A DNA stretch of 64,000 bases from Candidatus Izemoplasmatales bacterium (lineage in GTDB: Bacteria > Bacillota_I > Bacilli_A > Izemoplasmatales > Hujiaoplasmataceae), in assembly GCA_050949045.1 (NCBI GenBank), contig JBMNEZ010000001.1:608001-672000 (forward strand). The letters are read 5' to 3'. This document shows, piece by piece, positions 38,222 through 49,100 of this stretch. Both the position numbers and the translations under genes were made by a program. The notes below the pieces were generated by a model. That model made no database searches and had not been told where the DNA came from. It worked only from the letters and a program-made list of their open reading frames with translations. Numbering within the stretch: position 1 is the stretch's first letter; the number at the start of each line of letters is the position of its first letter.

Positions 38222-38812
38222 ATGACACAGCTAATCATGATCAGGCACGGGCAGACCGACGCCAACAAGCAGTTCCTGATCCAAGGGCGGACCGACAATC
38301 CGTTGAACATTACGGGGATCAAACAGGCGCGACAGACTGCTATGTATTTAAAAACTCACGGTTATGAATTTGACAACATCTATTCCTCGCCCCTCAAAAG
38401 ATCTGTTTTAACGGCTCAGACTATCGTCGACGTTATCAATCCTAATTTAAAGATTATTATACATCAATGCCTCCGTGAACGCGACTTTGGCGATTTTGAG
38501 GGACGCGTAATTGATCAAACCTACTATGATATGGTCAACAATAATATCATACCCAATATGGAAAAAAACGGCGCCCTCGAAGAAAGAGTCAGCTTAACCC
38601 TCAAAGAAATCGCCATAAAAAATCCCCACAAAAGGATTCTCATCGCAACCCATTCACATGTCATCAAAGCGATGTTTGTGAATCTGGTCGATGGATTTCA
38701 ATACTCTTCTTTGCTTCCTAACTGCGCCATCAATATTTTGGAATACGATAGCGATAGTTTCAGAGTAATCCAGCACAATCTGGATCCCCTAAAAATAGCA
38801 ACTCATAATTGA
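38222..38812 (+). CDS. histidine phosphatase family protein
   Basis: RHGQTDAN, SSPLKRS, ERDFGDFEG, ATH. Confidence 0.9.
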   Translation: MTQLIMIRHGQTDANKQFLIQGRTDNPLNITGIKQARQTAMYLKTHGYEFDNIYSSPLKRSVLTAQTIVDVINPNLKIIIHQCLRERDFGDFEGRVIDQTYYDMVNNNIIPNMEKNGALEERVSLTLKEIAIKNPHKRILIATHSHVIKAMFVNLVDGFQYSSLLPNCAINILEYDSDSFRVIQHNLDPLKIATHN

Positions 38813-38943
38813 AGCGATAAGATGTTAGTAAACATAAAAAGCGTGTTTAATAACATCTTTTTATTTGTTTTTTAAAATACATAATCCTATTAAATATAAA
38901 AAATAACGACTTTTTCAGCGAAAAGTCGTTAAATACTGCATTC

Positions 38944-39019
38944 TGGTGGAACTGACGAGGATCGAACTCGCGACCCCCACAATGCCATTGTGGTGCTCTC
39001 CCAGCTGAGCTACAGTCCC
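38944..39019 (-). tRNA. tRNA-Ala(GGC)
   Basis: Cloverleaf with G3:U70; CCACA-ATGGCAT-TGTGG; encoded CCA. Confidence 0.95.
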
Positions 39020-39063
39020 ATGAAGGCGGCAAGGGATCCCGCCGCTATTTTTGCCAGTTGTTA

Positions 39064-40746
39064 TTATATCATCAAAGCCTGTCTTTTGAAAAGAGAAATA
39101 TCGAAGAAATAGTTGATCGGCTCAAGCGGGACATAACTGGTCCCGTTATAGGGATTGAATTCACCCACTGTATTCTCCAAATCTAGCGCGAGCAGCTCTC
39201 TCATATAGAAAGACGAGGCGGTTATGTTTTTACCCAATTCTAGGAAGATATAGCGGTCCGAGTCGAAAACATAATCGACGGCGCCGATAGTGTAGTATTT
39301 ATCCGGTTCAATCGCAATACCGTTCTTATACAGTCTTCCCTCCGAATAAGAGACTTGATCATCAAAGTACAGGTCATAAGGATCGCTGGTGTAAAAGCTT
39401 GTCAGTTGCGCACCGGTGAGCTCACAGGTCTTGATCAAGTTGTCAAAGGGATAGATTACGACAAGATCGCCGTTGGTTACGGGACCTGATTGCATCGACA
39501 CCCGGAACCCGCCGCCGTTGACAATACCAAAATCGACTTGAGCGTAATCACGAATCACCGATGCCCCCCACGGTGCGAGAGCAGTTCTCCAGTAATCGCC
39601 TCCGGAAACAGCGAGCTCATGGTTGACATAGTTTTGATACTCATCGTCGTCATTATACTCGGATAACTTGGCATCGATTACGACACTGGTTCCACTCAAG
39701 TAATCTTCTCCAAGCACTGCTTGATTGTGGTTGACAACCATCTTGGTCTGTTTGTCGTAGACGAGTGTTATCCTGGTAAACAAGGAATGGTAATGATTGC
39801 TCGCTTGTGCAAAGGGAACTCCTAATACCGCATCCGCAATCGAAGTGTGCGTGTGCCCGTTGAAAATCGCATCAATGCTCTCCGAACCGGTAAGACTGGC
39901 AAATTCATAGTTTTGATAACTATTGTAGTTGTGGATCGAAAGGATGACGATGTCGCAGTTTTCATCGTTTCGAAGGATCTTCGCATATTTTTTTACTGTC
40001 GTCAATTCATCCAGAAAAGTGATGTTCTTGAGTCTGGACGCCGAAATCGATCCTTGGAGTTGGCCGATGACACCGATCACCCCCACCCTCACATCATTGA
40101 TTACAGAGATATGGTAGGGGGACGTCCAAGGCAAAGGTTCAAGCGTATCCGCATAAACAATGTTGGCTGCGAGGATCGGGAAATCGGCTTCGCCGTTTTC
40201 TTCGTTGCCGTCGCAATACTCGCTGATCACCTCAATTCCCCAGTCAAACTCATGATTCCCAATTGTAAAGGCATCGAAGCCGATCAGATTCATCGCCTCG
40301 ATGATCGGCAGCCCGTGGTAGTAGTTCGAAAGAGCTGTGCCTTGAAGCATATCGCCATGAGCATATATGAGCACGTTGTCGCCGGCGGCTTTTCGGTCCA
40401 ACAGATACTTGCCGATGCCGGAAATCATCATAACATCGGAATAGGCCCCGCCATGGAAATCATTCATGCCATAGATTTCAATCGTTTGGTATCTGTCTGT
40501 CGCAACAGTCGTCGAAACCGCCGTAGGAGTGGAAACGGTTGTATTTACACTCGAAGGGACCATTGTGGTTGTCACAATGGTCGTCTGTGAAGACGTTGTC
40601 TTGGTTGAACTGTCGACAGAGGAAGAAAAAGCGGTGTTCCCTGTTGTCGTTATCGAGGTTGTGTTTTTTTTGGTGCTCGTAATCACATGGCAGCCGTAGG
40701 TGAAAACGAGAGCAGTTAAAATAATCAATCTCAGGATTTTTTTCAT
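39064..40746 (-). CDS. 5'-nucleotidase / metallophosphoesterase lipoprotein
   Basis: Lipobox-like TYGC, Ser/Thr-rich linker, NDFHG, GD, GNHEFDWG, GHTH, NGGGFR, YPFDN. Confidence 0.88.
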   Translation of the reverse strand: MKKILRLIILTALVFTYGCHVITSTKKNTTSITTTGNTAFSSSVDSSTKTTSSQTTIVTTTMVPSSVNTTVSTPTAVSTTVATDRYQTIEIYGMNDFHGGAYSDVMMISGIGKYLLDRKAAGDNVLIYAHGDMLQGTALSNYYHGLPIIEAMNLIGFDAFTIGNHEFDWGIEVISEYCDGNEENGEADFPILAANIVYADTLEPLPWTSPYHISVINDVRVGVIGVIGQLQGSISASRLKNITFLDELTTVKKYAKILRNDENCDIVILSIHNYNSYQNYEFASLTGSESIDAIFNGHTHTSIADAVLGVPFAQASNHYHSLFTRITLVYDKQTKMVVNHNQAVLGEDYLSGTSVVIDAKLSEYNDDDEYQNYVNHELAVSGGDYWRTALAPWGASVIRDYAQVDFGIVNGGGFRVSMQSGPVTNGDLVVIYPFDNLIKTCELTGAQLTSFYTSDPYDLYFDDQVSYSEGRLYKNGIAIEPDKYYTIGAVDYVFDSDRYIFLELGKNITASSFYMRELLALDLENTVGEFNPYNGTSYVPLEPINYFFDISLFKRQALMI

Positions 40747-40788
40747 CTTATTCCTCACATTCCGTCGTTATCCATTATACTTGATTAA

Positions 40789-41766
40789 CAAAAAAAGACA
40801 AGGTTCAAGATGAACCCTGTCTGTTAATGATTAGGACTGACTAATAGTAATGATCGATGATGTTGAGGATCGATTGTTTTTTCAAGAAGTCACGGGCAGC
40901 GCCGCTCATGTAATCGGCATCGGTCAGTGGATACTGGTCGAGCGGATTGATGCTGCAGAGAGTTTCAAGATCGGGAGTAATCTTGTTTCTGACGATCATC
41001 GAATTCAGGATCGCATTCTGTTTATTGGAATCGAGAGCCGCAATTGAAGCGACCGTGAAGTTTGCTTCTGTGAAGTCGGTAGCGCCAAGGGTATTGACAG
41101 CGATGATGAAATTGATGATCTCCGCCTTGGTGGTGATGCCAATAATGTTATAGGCATCTTCTTTGGCAAGAGCCGGTATCGCTCCACCGATATTCGCGTT
41201 TCCTTTAAGGAGATTATCGGTCGTCGCATGGATCGAGCCGCTGGCTAAGAATGTATTCCTGTTTGTTTCATTCATGAAAATCGTTGTGATCGAAGTGCCG
41301 CTCATTCCGTCGCTGAAATTATTGATTCCCAGCAATTTCAATGAAGTAAGCAGTTTGTTTAGTTCCGCCTTTTCAATTTGCTTGCTGGCGAGCGTCTCGA
41401 CAGTGATATCCTGTCGGAAGAACGAAGGCACGATCAGTTTGCCGCTGCCGGCGGGTGCTGTCTCATCAAGAGTCGGTGTCGTGAGCAGTTTATCAGAAAT
41501 CGTCGCCTGAATGATCTCTGATGCGAGAATTGTATCAAAACTATCGAGTTCGAAGATTACCGCAGGATTGAATGAGAAACCCGAAAAATCGTTAAGTCCA
41601 AGTTCGCCGAGGGCACTGACCAAAGCAACGAGTTCAGCATATTCGATATAGGTCACATCGCTGAGGGCGATCTTAATCAGATTGATGGTTCCGTAATATT
41701 TGTCCGGGATTTGAAGCGTCCCGCCCGTATCATTGATGATCCGGTCAGAGAACATCGCTTGGATCG
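40789..41766. repeat. about 1 kb direct repeat, copy 1 (3' end and terminator of shorter gene)
   Basis: Long identical runs with 45166-46140; offset 4377 then 4374 after a one-codon indel. Confidence 0.9.
40790..40821 (-). terminator. terminator of the shorter repeat-protein gene
   Basis: Minus strand AGACAGGGTTCA-TCT-TGAACCTTGTCT followed by T-run. Confidence 0.8.
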
Positions 41767-44700
41767 TCGAACTTTGGAAAACAACATTTGCATCCGCAAA
41801 CAAGCCGTCAGACAGTTCAAAAGCAGTGTTGAAACTCGAAAGATCATCAAAGCCCATAACCAAGAGCGCATTGATCATCGCCTTGATCTCTGCTTTGACG
41901 ATGAATGTCTGTTTTGAACCAACTGGACCGGTTTCGACTTTGAGATTGGTTAACCCGTCTTGCTTTTTGTCAGGGACAAAGAGGATGTTGTCGTTAACAT
42001 CGAAGATCCGCTCTGAAACCGTCGCGTGCATCGAGGCTGACGCCAACAAGGTATCTTTGGCACTCTCCGAGGCTAAGTTGGCCAACGAGAACGCTCCGGA
42101 GAAACCATCGATCGAAACGACACCCATCACCTCAAGCGCTTCAATCAGGGCTTTGATCTCAGTCTTGGACAAATACTCGGTTTTACGACCAGCAGGGCCG
42201 GTCTCGTATCTAATGACGATGCCGTTGCTATTGGCAGACGGAACCACCAGAACACCAGCGCCGAAATCGGTGATTTTCTTCGAAATCGTCGCATGGATGA
42301 TCGCCGATGAAAGCAAGAGGTTCTGCTCGGCAGTGTCATTGATGTCCTCAAGCGTGAAGACTGTCTGGAATTGGGTTGGATTGGCAAAACCTAATTGGTT
42401 GACCGCATCAAAGAAAGCAACCAACTCGGTCTTGGCAATATACTCGGTTTCTGCTTTGGTAATCCGGATCGTGGAAGGAGCGCTGTCGCCAGAGGCATAG
42501 GGAACCACTAGGATATCGTCGTCGATCGACAATACCTGTTCGGAAATCGTCGCGTGCAAAATCGCCGATTCAAGGAAAACGCTGATATTATCGATCAAGA
42601 GAGACGTATCCTCAAGATCGATGTCGTCGAAAGAAGCAAGATCAAGAACATAGAGTGAGTTGAACAGGGCGATGATTTCCTTACTTACCAAATAATCAGT
42701 ACCGCTGACAGTCGTCACTAGGGGCTTGCCGAGGACATCGAGAGAGGGGACAGAAAGCAGCGCCGAATCGCCGGCTCCCATATCAAAAATCATGGAGCTG
42801 ACGCTGGCATGAATTATCTTTGAAGCGATAAAGGTCTCAACGATGTCCTCGTCAAGGACATCGGGATCAGTTTTACTTGCAAACTTGGTTAAAATAGAAG
42901 CGTCGAAAGCAAGCGTTTCAAAATCGTTAAGTTCGAGGATAGAGAGGCTTTGAAGCAGAGCTACAATTTCTGTGTCCTTGACAATATTGACAGCTAAGCC
43001 GTCCACAAGGACGGATGTGACGACCTCGGCAGGGATGCTTAACATCTCGACCTCGAGGTCCATGATCAGCTTACCGACAGTCGCGGCGATAATCTCCGAG
43101 TCCAGAAAGATATCAATCTCCGAAGAATCCATTGACAGTGCACTAGCGACATCAAACTCGCTTCCTTCCTCGGGCAAGATTAGGGCAACCGCTTTGGCGA
43201 CCGCCTTCAATTCGGTGGCTGTGAGATAGTCTTGATCGTCAAAGACGGAATCAGGGATGACTATCGGCGTCTCCCCGAAATCCATCTCGGTGATCATTTT
43301 CGAAATCGTGGCGACCAGGACATACGAACCGAAGAGATCATCGATCTGTTCATCGGTCATGCCGGCAATCGTGTTGACGGTGATATTTTCAAACCCTTCC
43401 TCACCAATGACCTCAATCAGGGTTTGCATCGCTATGAGAATATTTCTCAGTTCGCCTTGATTATTTTCGCCGAGCCAGACGATTCCTTCGGGGATTTCTA
43501 GAAAATCCAGCCCCTCGACTCCGGCTTCGCCTGAAAGAATGCGGATCAGGGTGTTGCTTATCAGTTTTGAATCAATCAGAAGATCGACATTGATTGAAGC
43601 CGCAGCATTGAGAAAAATCATTGGATCATCGCCGAGGAGTTCTTGAAAGCCGATCTCCTGATCGAAGATGGCGCCGAGGATCCCGCCGATTGCGACCAGT
43701 TCTTCTTCCCAGTTGACTTCAGCCGGGATTTCAAGAATCACGCCAAGTTCCGAATCTTCGCTTTCGATCATCGGCACTAGGATCGCTTCGACCAAAAGGA
43801 CGACAACCTCTGATTCCGACATGTCTTCAAAGAGTTCTCTGACAACATCGCCGGTGATTTCGATTTGTTCAATCTCGCCTTCGCCTGCGATGAAACCAGC
43901 ATCATTCAAGATGTCAAACAAGGCTCCGGCGATCGCTCCAACTTTGGGGAGTTCCGCCGCGAAATCGATTTCATACAACTCTTCAACCGGTATCGGCAAC
44001 TCCTGATCAAAGTTTTGAGCCGCAAGTTCGATTCCAAGCGGCATTACCGAGATGATTAGATTGCTTTTGCCAAGAAGAGCGAAGACCTCCCTGATTTCAG
44101 AACCGGTTAAATCAGCGATGTTGTTCGTCTCCATATATTCCGATTCCATGAAAATGATGGCAGCCTCTGACAAGACCACAAGTTCGTAACGAAAGGCTAC
44201 TATCTCGCTGTTATAATCGAATGACAGAATCACATCAAACAAGTTCAAGTGAAGTGGTACTTTTTCTGTTTTCTTGACAACCGAAGGCGTCGTGATCTTA
44301 TCTGCGATTTTGACGAAGAGATTGTTGTTGTATGCCTCGACCATGGCTTTGATATCCGCAAGCACGGCGAGCATCTCTTCACTCATTCCTTCTTCTTCAT
44401 TCTCCTCTTGAAGCGGGATCACAGAATGATCCAATTCGATCAATCCGCTCCGATCGGGCATGGCCAAGTCCGCAGGATTTCCATTCTCGCCCAAGGGGGC
44501 AAGCAACACCACGCTTTCAGCGATTGACATAATCCCGCCGAGCATAACCATTGCCATGAAAACTGCCATGATGCCGTTGCCGATGCCAACGAGCGCACCG
44601 AAGCCATGGTTTTTGGATTCGCCTTTACCAGTTTTTCCAAGGATGATCGCTCTAAGAATAAGGCAGATAATTTTGTAGATGAGCAGAATCACCGTGAAGT

Positions 44701-45079
44701 AAAGTAACGTATAAATGATTTTCAGCACAAAAATCCCGATCCCAGTGGCAAGTTCCAACAGTTCGGGGGAGACACTGGCGATATCGATACTCTCGCCCAC
44801 AGCTAACTGCAAGATTGCCCCCAAACTCTCCTCAAACGAGGTGAATGAGGCTAACGAGGCATCGATGTTGCCAAGAACCTGGCCCAGCCAAGGCAACTGC
44901 ATCGACCAGAGGGCTTTACTGACGGGAGTGACGGTCACAAAAAAGACAATATAGAAAATTGCCATCGTGATCAATGTGAACAAGGTCTTCTTGAAGCCGC
45001 GCAAGAGACCCATCAGAATTGCCAGACCTAGCAAAACATAAAATATTATATCGATATAGGACAGAAAACTTAGATCCAT
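40841..45079 (-). CDS. large acidic repeat protein with CvpA-like N-terminal membrane domain (about 1412 aa)
   Basis: DII..GLLRGFKK and FGALVG TMs resemble CvpA; about 11 repeats with S.I.HATIS motif; GGAGG RBS before ATG 45079. Confidence 0.85.
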   Translation of the reverse strand: MDLSFLSYIDIIFYVLLGLAILMGLLRGFKKTLFTLITMAIFYIVFFVTVTPVSKALWSMQLPWLGQVLGNIDASLASFTSFEESLGAILQLAVGESIDIASVSPELLELATGIGIFVLKIIYTLLYFTVILLIYKIICLILRAIILGKTGKGESKNHGFGALVGIGNGIMAVFMAMVMLGGIMSIAESVVLLAPLGENGNPADLAMPDRSGLIELDHSVIPLQEENEEEGMSEEMLAVLADIKAMVEAYNNNLFVKIADKITTPSVVKKTEKVPLHLNLFDVILSFDYNSEIVAFRYELVVLSEAAIIFMESEYMETNNIADLTGSEIREVFALLGKSNLIISVMPLGIELAAQNFDQELPIPVEELYEIDFAAELPKVGAIAGALFDILNDAGFIAGEGEIEQIEITGDVVRELFEDMSESEVVVLLVEAILVPMIESEDSELGVILEIPAEVNWEEELVAIGGILGAIFDQEIGFQELLGDDPMIFLNAAASINVDLLIDSKLISNTLIRILSGEAGVEGLDFLEIPEGIVWLGENNQGELRNILIAMQTLIEVIGEEGFENITVNTIAGMTDEQIDDLFGSYVLVATISKMITEMDFGETPIVIPDSVFDDQDYLTATELKAVAKAVALILPEEGSEFDVASALSMDSSEIDIFLDSEIIAATVGKLIMDLEVEMLSIPAEVVTSVLVDGLAVNIVKDTEIVALLQSLSILELNDFETLAFDASILTKFASKTDPDVLDEDIVETFIASKIIHASVSSMIFDMGAGDSALLSVPSLDVLGKPLVTTVSGTDYLVSKEIIALFNSLYVLDLASFDDIDLEDTSLLIDNISVFLESAILHATISEQVLSIDDDILVVPYASGDSAPSTIRITKAETEYIAKTELVAFFDAVNQLGFANPTQFQTVFTLEDINDTAEQNLLLSSAIIHATISKKITDFGAGVLVVPSANSNGIVIRYETGPAGRKTEYLSKTEIKALIEALEVMGVVSIDGFSGAFSLANLASESAKDTLLASASMHATVSERIFDVNDNILFVPDKKQDGLTNLKVETGPVGSKQTFIVKAEIKAMINALLVMGFDDLSSFNTAFELSDGLFADANVVFQSSTIQAMFSDRIINDTGGTLQIPDKYYGTINLIKIALSDVTYIEYAELVALVSALGELGLNDFSGFSFNPAVIFELDSFDTILASEIIQATISDKLLTTPTLDETAPAGSGKLIVPSFFRQDITVETLASKQIEKAELNKLLTSLKLLGINNFSDGMSGTSITTIFMNETNRNTFLASGSIHATTDNLLKGNANIGGAIPALAKEDAYNIIGITTKAEIINFIIAVNTLGATDFTEANFTVASIAALDSNKQNAILNSMIVRNKITPDLETLCSINPLDQYPLTDADYMSGAARDFLKKQSILNIIDHYY

Positions 45080-45165
45080 TGTGGAACCCTCCATTAAATC
45101 AATATATTTTCATTATACTATATTTAGATGATTTCGCAATTGGGGTAGGCATTTTTTGATTCCAT

Positions 45166-46140
45166 CAAAAAAAGACAGGATTCAAACTGAACCCTGTCTG
45201 TTGGTGATTAAGACTGACTAATAGTAGTGATCAATGATGTTAAGGATCGATTGTTTTTTCAAGAAATCATGGGTCGCGCCGCTCATGTAATCGTCATCGG
45301 TCAACGGATACGGATTGAACGGGTTAGAACAGAGAGTTTCGAGATCGGGAGTGATCTTGTTTCTGACGATCATCGAAGTCAAGATCGCATCCTGATCAGC
45401 GGGATCGAGAGCCGCAATTGAAGCGACCGTGAAGTTTGCTTCTGTGAAGTCGGTAGCGCCAATGGTATTGACAGCGACAATGAAGTTGATGATCTCCGCC
45501 TTAGTGGTGATACCAATAATATTATAGGCATCCTCTTTGGCAAGAGCCGGTATTGATCCACCGATATTCGTGTTCCCTTTAAGGAGATTATCGGTCGTCA
45601 CATGGATCGAGCCGCTGGCTAAGAATGTATTCCTGCTTGTTTCATTCATGAAAATCGTTGTGATTGAAGTGCCGCTCATTCCGTCGCTGAAATTATTGAT
45701 TCCTAGCAATTTCAATGATGTAAGCAGACTGTCTAGTTCTGTCTTTTCAATTTGCTTGCTGGCGAGCGTCTCGACAGTGATATCCTGGCGGAAGAACGAA
45801 GGCACGATCAGTTTGCCGCTGCCGGCGGGCGCTGTCTCGTCGAGAGTCGGTGGAGCGAGCAGATTACTAGAAATCGTCGCTTGAATGATCTCGGATGCGA
45901 GAATTGTGTCAAAACTATCGAGTTCGAAGATCACCGCGGGAGTGAATGAGAAACTCGAGAAATCATCAAGTTCAAGAGCATTAAGAGCAGTGATCAGAGC
46001 GACAAGTTCGTCATATTCGATATAGGTCACATCGGTGAGAGCGATCCTGATCAAATTGATGGTTCCGTAATATTTGTCCGGGATTTGGAGCGCCCCGCCC
46101 GTATCATTGATGATCCGGTCAGAGAACATCGCCTGGATCG
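45166..46140. repeat. about 1 kb direct repeat, copy 2 (3' end and terminator of longer gene)
   Basis: Long identical runs with 40789-41766. Confidence 0.9.
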
Positions 46141-49100
46141 AAGCCGACAACAGAACTGTCTCCGGATTGGCGAAGACTTCACCGAGTTCGAATTCAGCGG
46201 TGAAACTCGAGAGGTCTGTGTACCCCATAATGATGAGAGCGTCGATCAAGGCTTTGATTTCGTCCTTGGTGACAAAATCAAGGAGATTGTCCGGAAGTCC
46301 GGCTTTGACTTTGACTGCGGTCAAATCGTCTTGACGCTTATCTGGGACATAGAGGATGTTGTCATCGACCGCGAAAATCTTATCACTGATCGTAGCGTGC
46401 ATCGAAGCTGAAGCCAGGAGTTTGTTCTGTTTGGCTGGCGTATCCAGTTTCGCCAGCGAGAACGCGCCCGTCATCGAATCGATTGAGTTGAGTCCGAGAA
46501 TATCTAAGCTGTCGATAATAGCCTTGATTTCTGTCTTATAGATAAATACGACAGCACCGACATTCTTACGGATTGAATTATTGGAGACGTCGGTATCGGG
46601 GACAATCAAGGCGCTTGCGCCAAGATCCAACAGTTGATCAGAGATCGTCGCATGCATCGCAGCCGAAGCCAACAGGATATCTTGATTGTCAGAATAAGTG
46701 GCGGGATTTGCGGACTCAAAGAAATGGGAGAGCGTGACCGCGCCGGTGAAGCTGGTGATGTCGGTCACCTCAAGCACTTCCAAGGCTTCGATCAAAGCTT
46801 TTATTTCCGCCTTTTGGACGAATTCAATGTCTACGCTGTTAGTTACGCGGATATTCTCTTCAGCAAAGTCTTTGGCAGGAACGATGAGTTTATCGCTTCC
46901 AAGGTCTAAGATCTGGTCCGAGATGGTCGCATGCATCGAAGCCGACAGTAACAGCGTATCCTGATTGCTGTCGGAGTAGAAATTGGTGAGGTTGATCGCG
47001 CCGGCGAAAGTGGTGATATCGGTCACCTCAAGCACTTCCAAGGCTTCGATCAAAGCTTTTATTTCCGCCTTTTGGACGAATTCAATGTCTACGCTGTTAG
47101 TTACGCGGATATTCTCTTCAGCAACATCTTTGGCAGGAACGATAAGTTTATCGCTTCCAAGGTCTAAGATCTGGTCCGAGATGGTCGCATGCATCGAAGC
47201 CGACAGTAACAGCGTATCCTGATTGCTATCGGAGTAGAAATTGGTGAGGTTGATAGCGCCGGCAAAAGCGGTGATGTCTGTAATGCCGAGGATATCGAGA
47301 GAATTGATCAATGCCTTGATCTCATTCTTGACAACATAATCGGTACCATTAACCGCGGCGGTGATCACCGTATCCGCGACATCGCGCTCAGGAACGATCA
47401 GCTTGGTGCTACCGAGGCCAAGGATCTGCTCGGAAACAGTCGCATGCATGATCGCCGATGCGAGCAACGTGGTTTGATTGGTCTCATAATCTGCTGGTTC
47501 CTTTGAAGCAAAGAAATTGTCGAGGCTGATATCGCCGTTGAAATCGCTGATGTCATCAAGCGACAATCCTAGGATCTCGATCGCATCAAAGAAATGATGA
47601 ATCTCATCTTTATCAATAAACTCAACAACTCCCCTAAGAACCCTAATTGAAACCGTATCTAGATAATCGGACTTAGGAACAATGACCAGATCCTGGGTAT
47701 CGAGATCGATCAATTGATCAGAAATCGTCGCGTGCATCGTCGCTGACTTGAGTAATTCAACACGGTTATCTTGATCATAGAGAACTGACAGATCAAAGGA
47801 ACCATCGAACTCGTCGATGTTATCGATCGGCAAATCAAGAATTTCGAGCCCTTCAAAGAAATAGTGAATTTCCTGTTCCTTGAGGAACACATCATCGATC
47901 AAATCATCATGGTTGGTTCTCAGCACAGATATCGGCTGGCCATTGATGTCTTTATCGGGAACAACGATCACTGGATTATCGCCGGTTGACAGTTCAAGCA
48001 TCTGCGTAGATACTTTCAGATGCACAGCGGCCGAAGCCAGCAAGATGTTGCGGTTTTCAACGATATAAAGATCGGTTAGATCCATATCCATGTTAACATT
48101 GTTCAAATCTGTGATTCCTAGGAATTCAAGGACCTCGAATAAAGCATGAACTTCGGCGGCAACCAGATATTCAGTCTTCTCGGGGCCATCGCCTCTTGTG
48201 ATTCTGATCGAAGATCCGCTTTCATTGTAGAACGGCATATCGAGGGTCGCATCGTCAATATCAAGGACCTGTTTCGTGATCTCGGCATGGACAGAGGCCG
48301 AGGCCAACAGGATCTCTCTTGGCTCTGGCTCATAGTATTTGGATAGATCCAGATCGATCTGCACATTGTCAAGATCTTGAATTTCCAAAAGTTCCAACAC
48401 CTCAAACAAAGCATGGATCTCGATGTCTGAAACATATTCGGTGTCGGTTTCAAGATCGGCCGAACCTCTTGTGATTCTAACGGCATTCGCATCAATATCA
48501 TAATAAGGAACGGAAAGCGCATCAACTTCAACCAATTGTTTTGAAATTGCGGAATGGACAATCGCGGAAGCCATCAGCTTGTTTCGGTTTTCGGGATCAT
48601 AGAAATCAGTTAGATCAATATTGATGTCTACTTGATTTAATCCATCAACACCAAGCAGTTCAAGAGCGATGAATGTGCTTTCTAGTTCGTTTTTACCGAT
48701 ATAGACGGTTTTTTTCTCAAGCGAGCCAACAGTAATACGGATCGAGACACCATCATAGTCATAATATGGAATACTGACATCATCTGATTCAAGCGTCAAA
48801 AGTTGATCCGAGATCGTCGCATGCAAGATCGCCGAAGCGATCAAAACGTCAAAGTTGGTGTTGATGTCATTGAGCGTCAGAGTCTCGACATTGTTAAAGT
48901 CGGAGATATTGAGTTTGTTCAGTGCGGCTAGTGCGTTTCTAAGTTCCTGCTCGCTCACATATTCGACACCGTGAACATCTTTAAAGCGAACCACGTCTAG
49001 GTCAGCGTCATAATATGGAACACTCAGGACCGCTTCTTCGCCTTCGGTGAGATCAAAGAGCATCTTCGAGATCGAAGCGTGGATGATGATTGAATCGAAC

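Noticed and set aside
1976..43936. Frequent CGATCG/TCGA words and several GCGATCGC (HIP1-like) octamers at 1976, 23262, 36596 and 43929
   Set aside because: Plausibly explained by ATC/GAT/GCG codon preference; needs a codon-aware Markov count that I cannot run
40789..46140. Paired near-identical 3' regions as a diversity-generating retroelement TR/VR
   Set aside because: No reverse transcriptase in the window, both copies are coding and about 1 kb long, and differences do not look adenine-restricted
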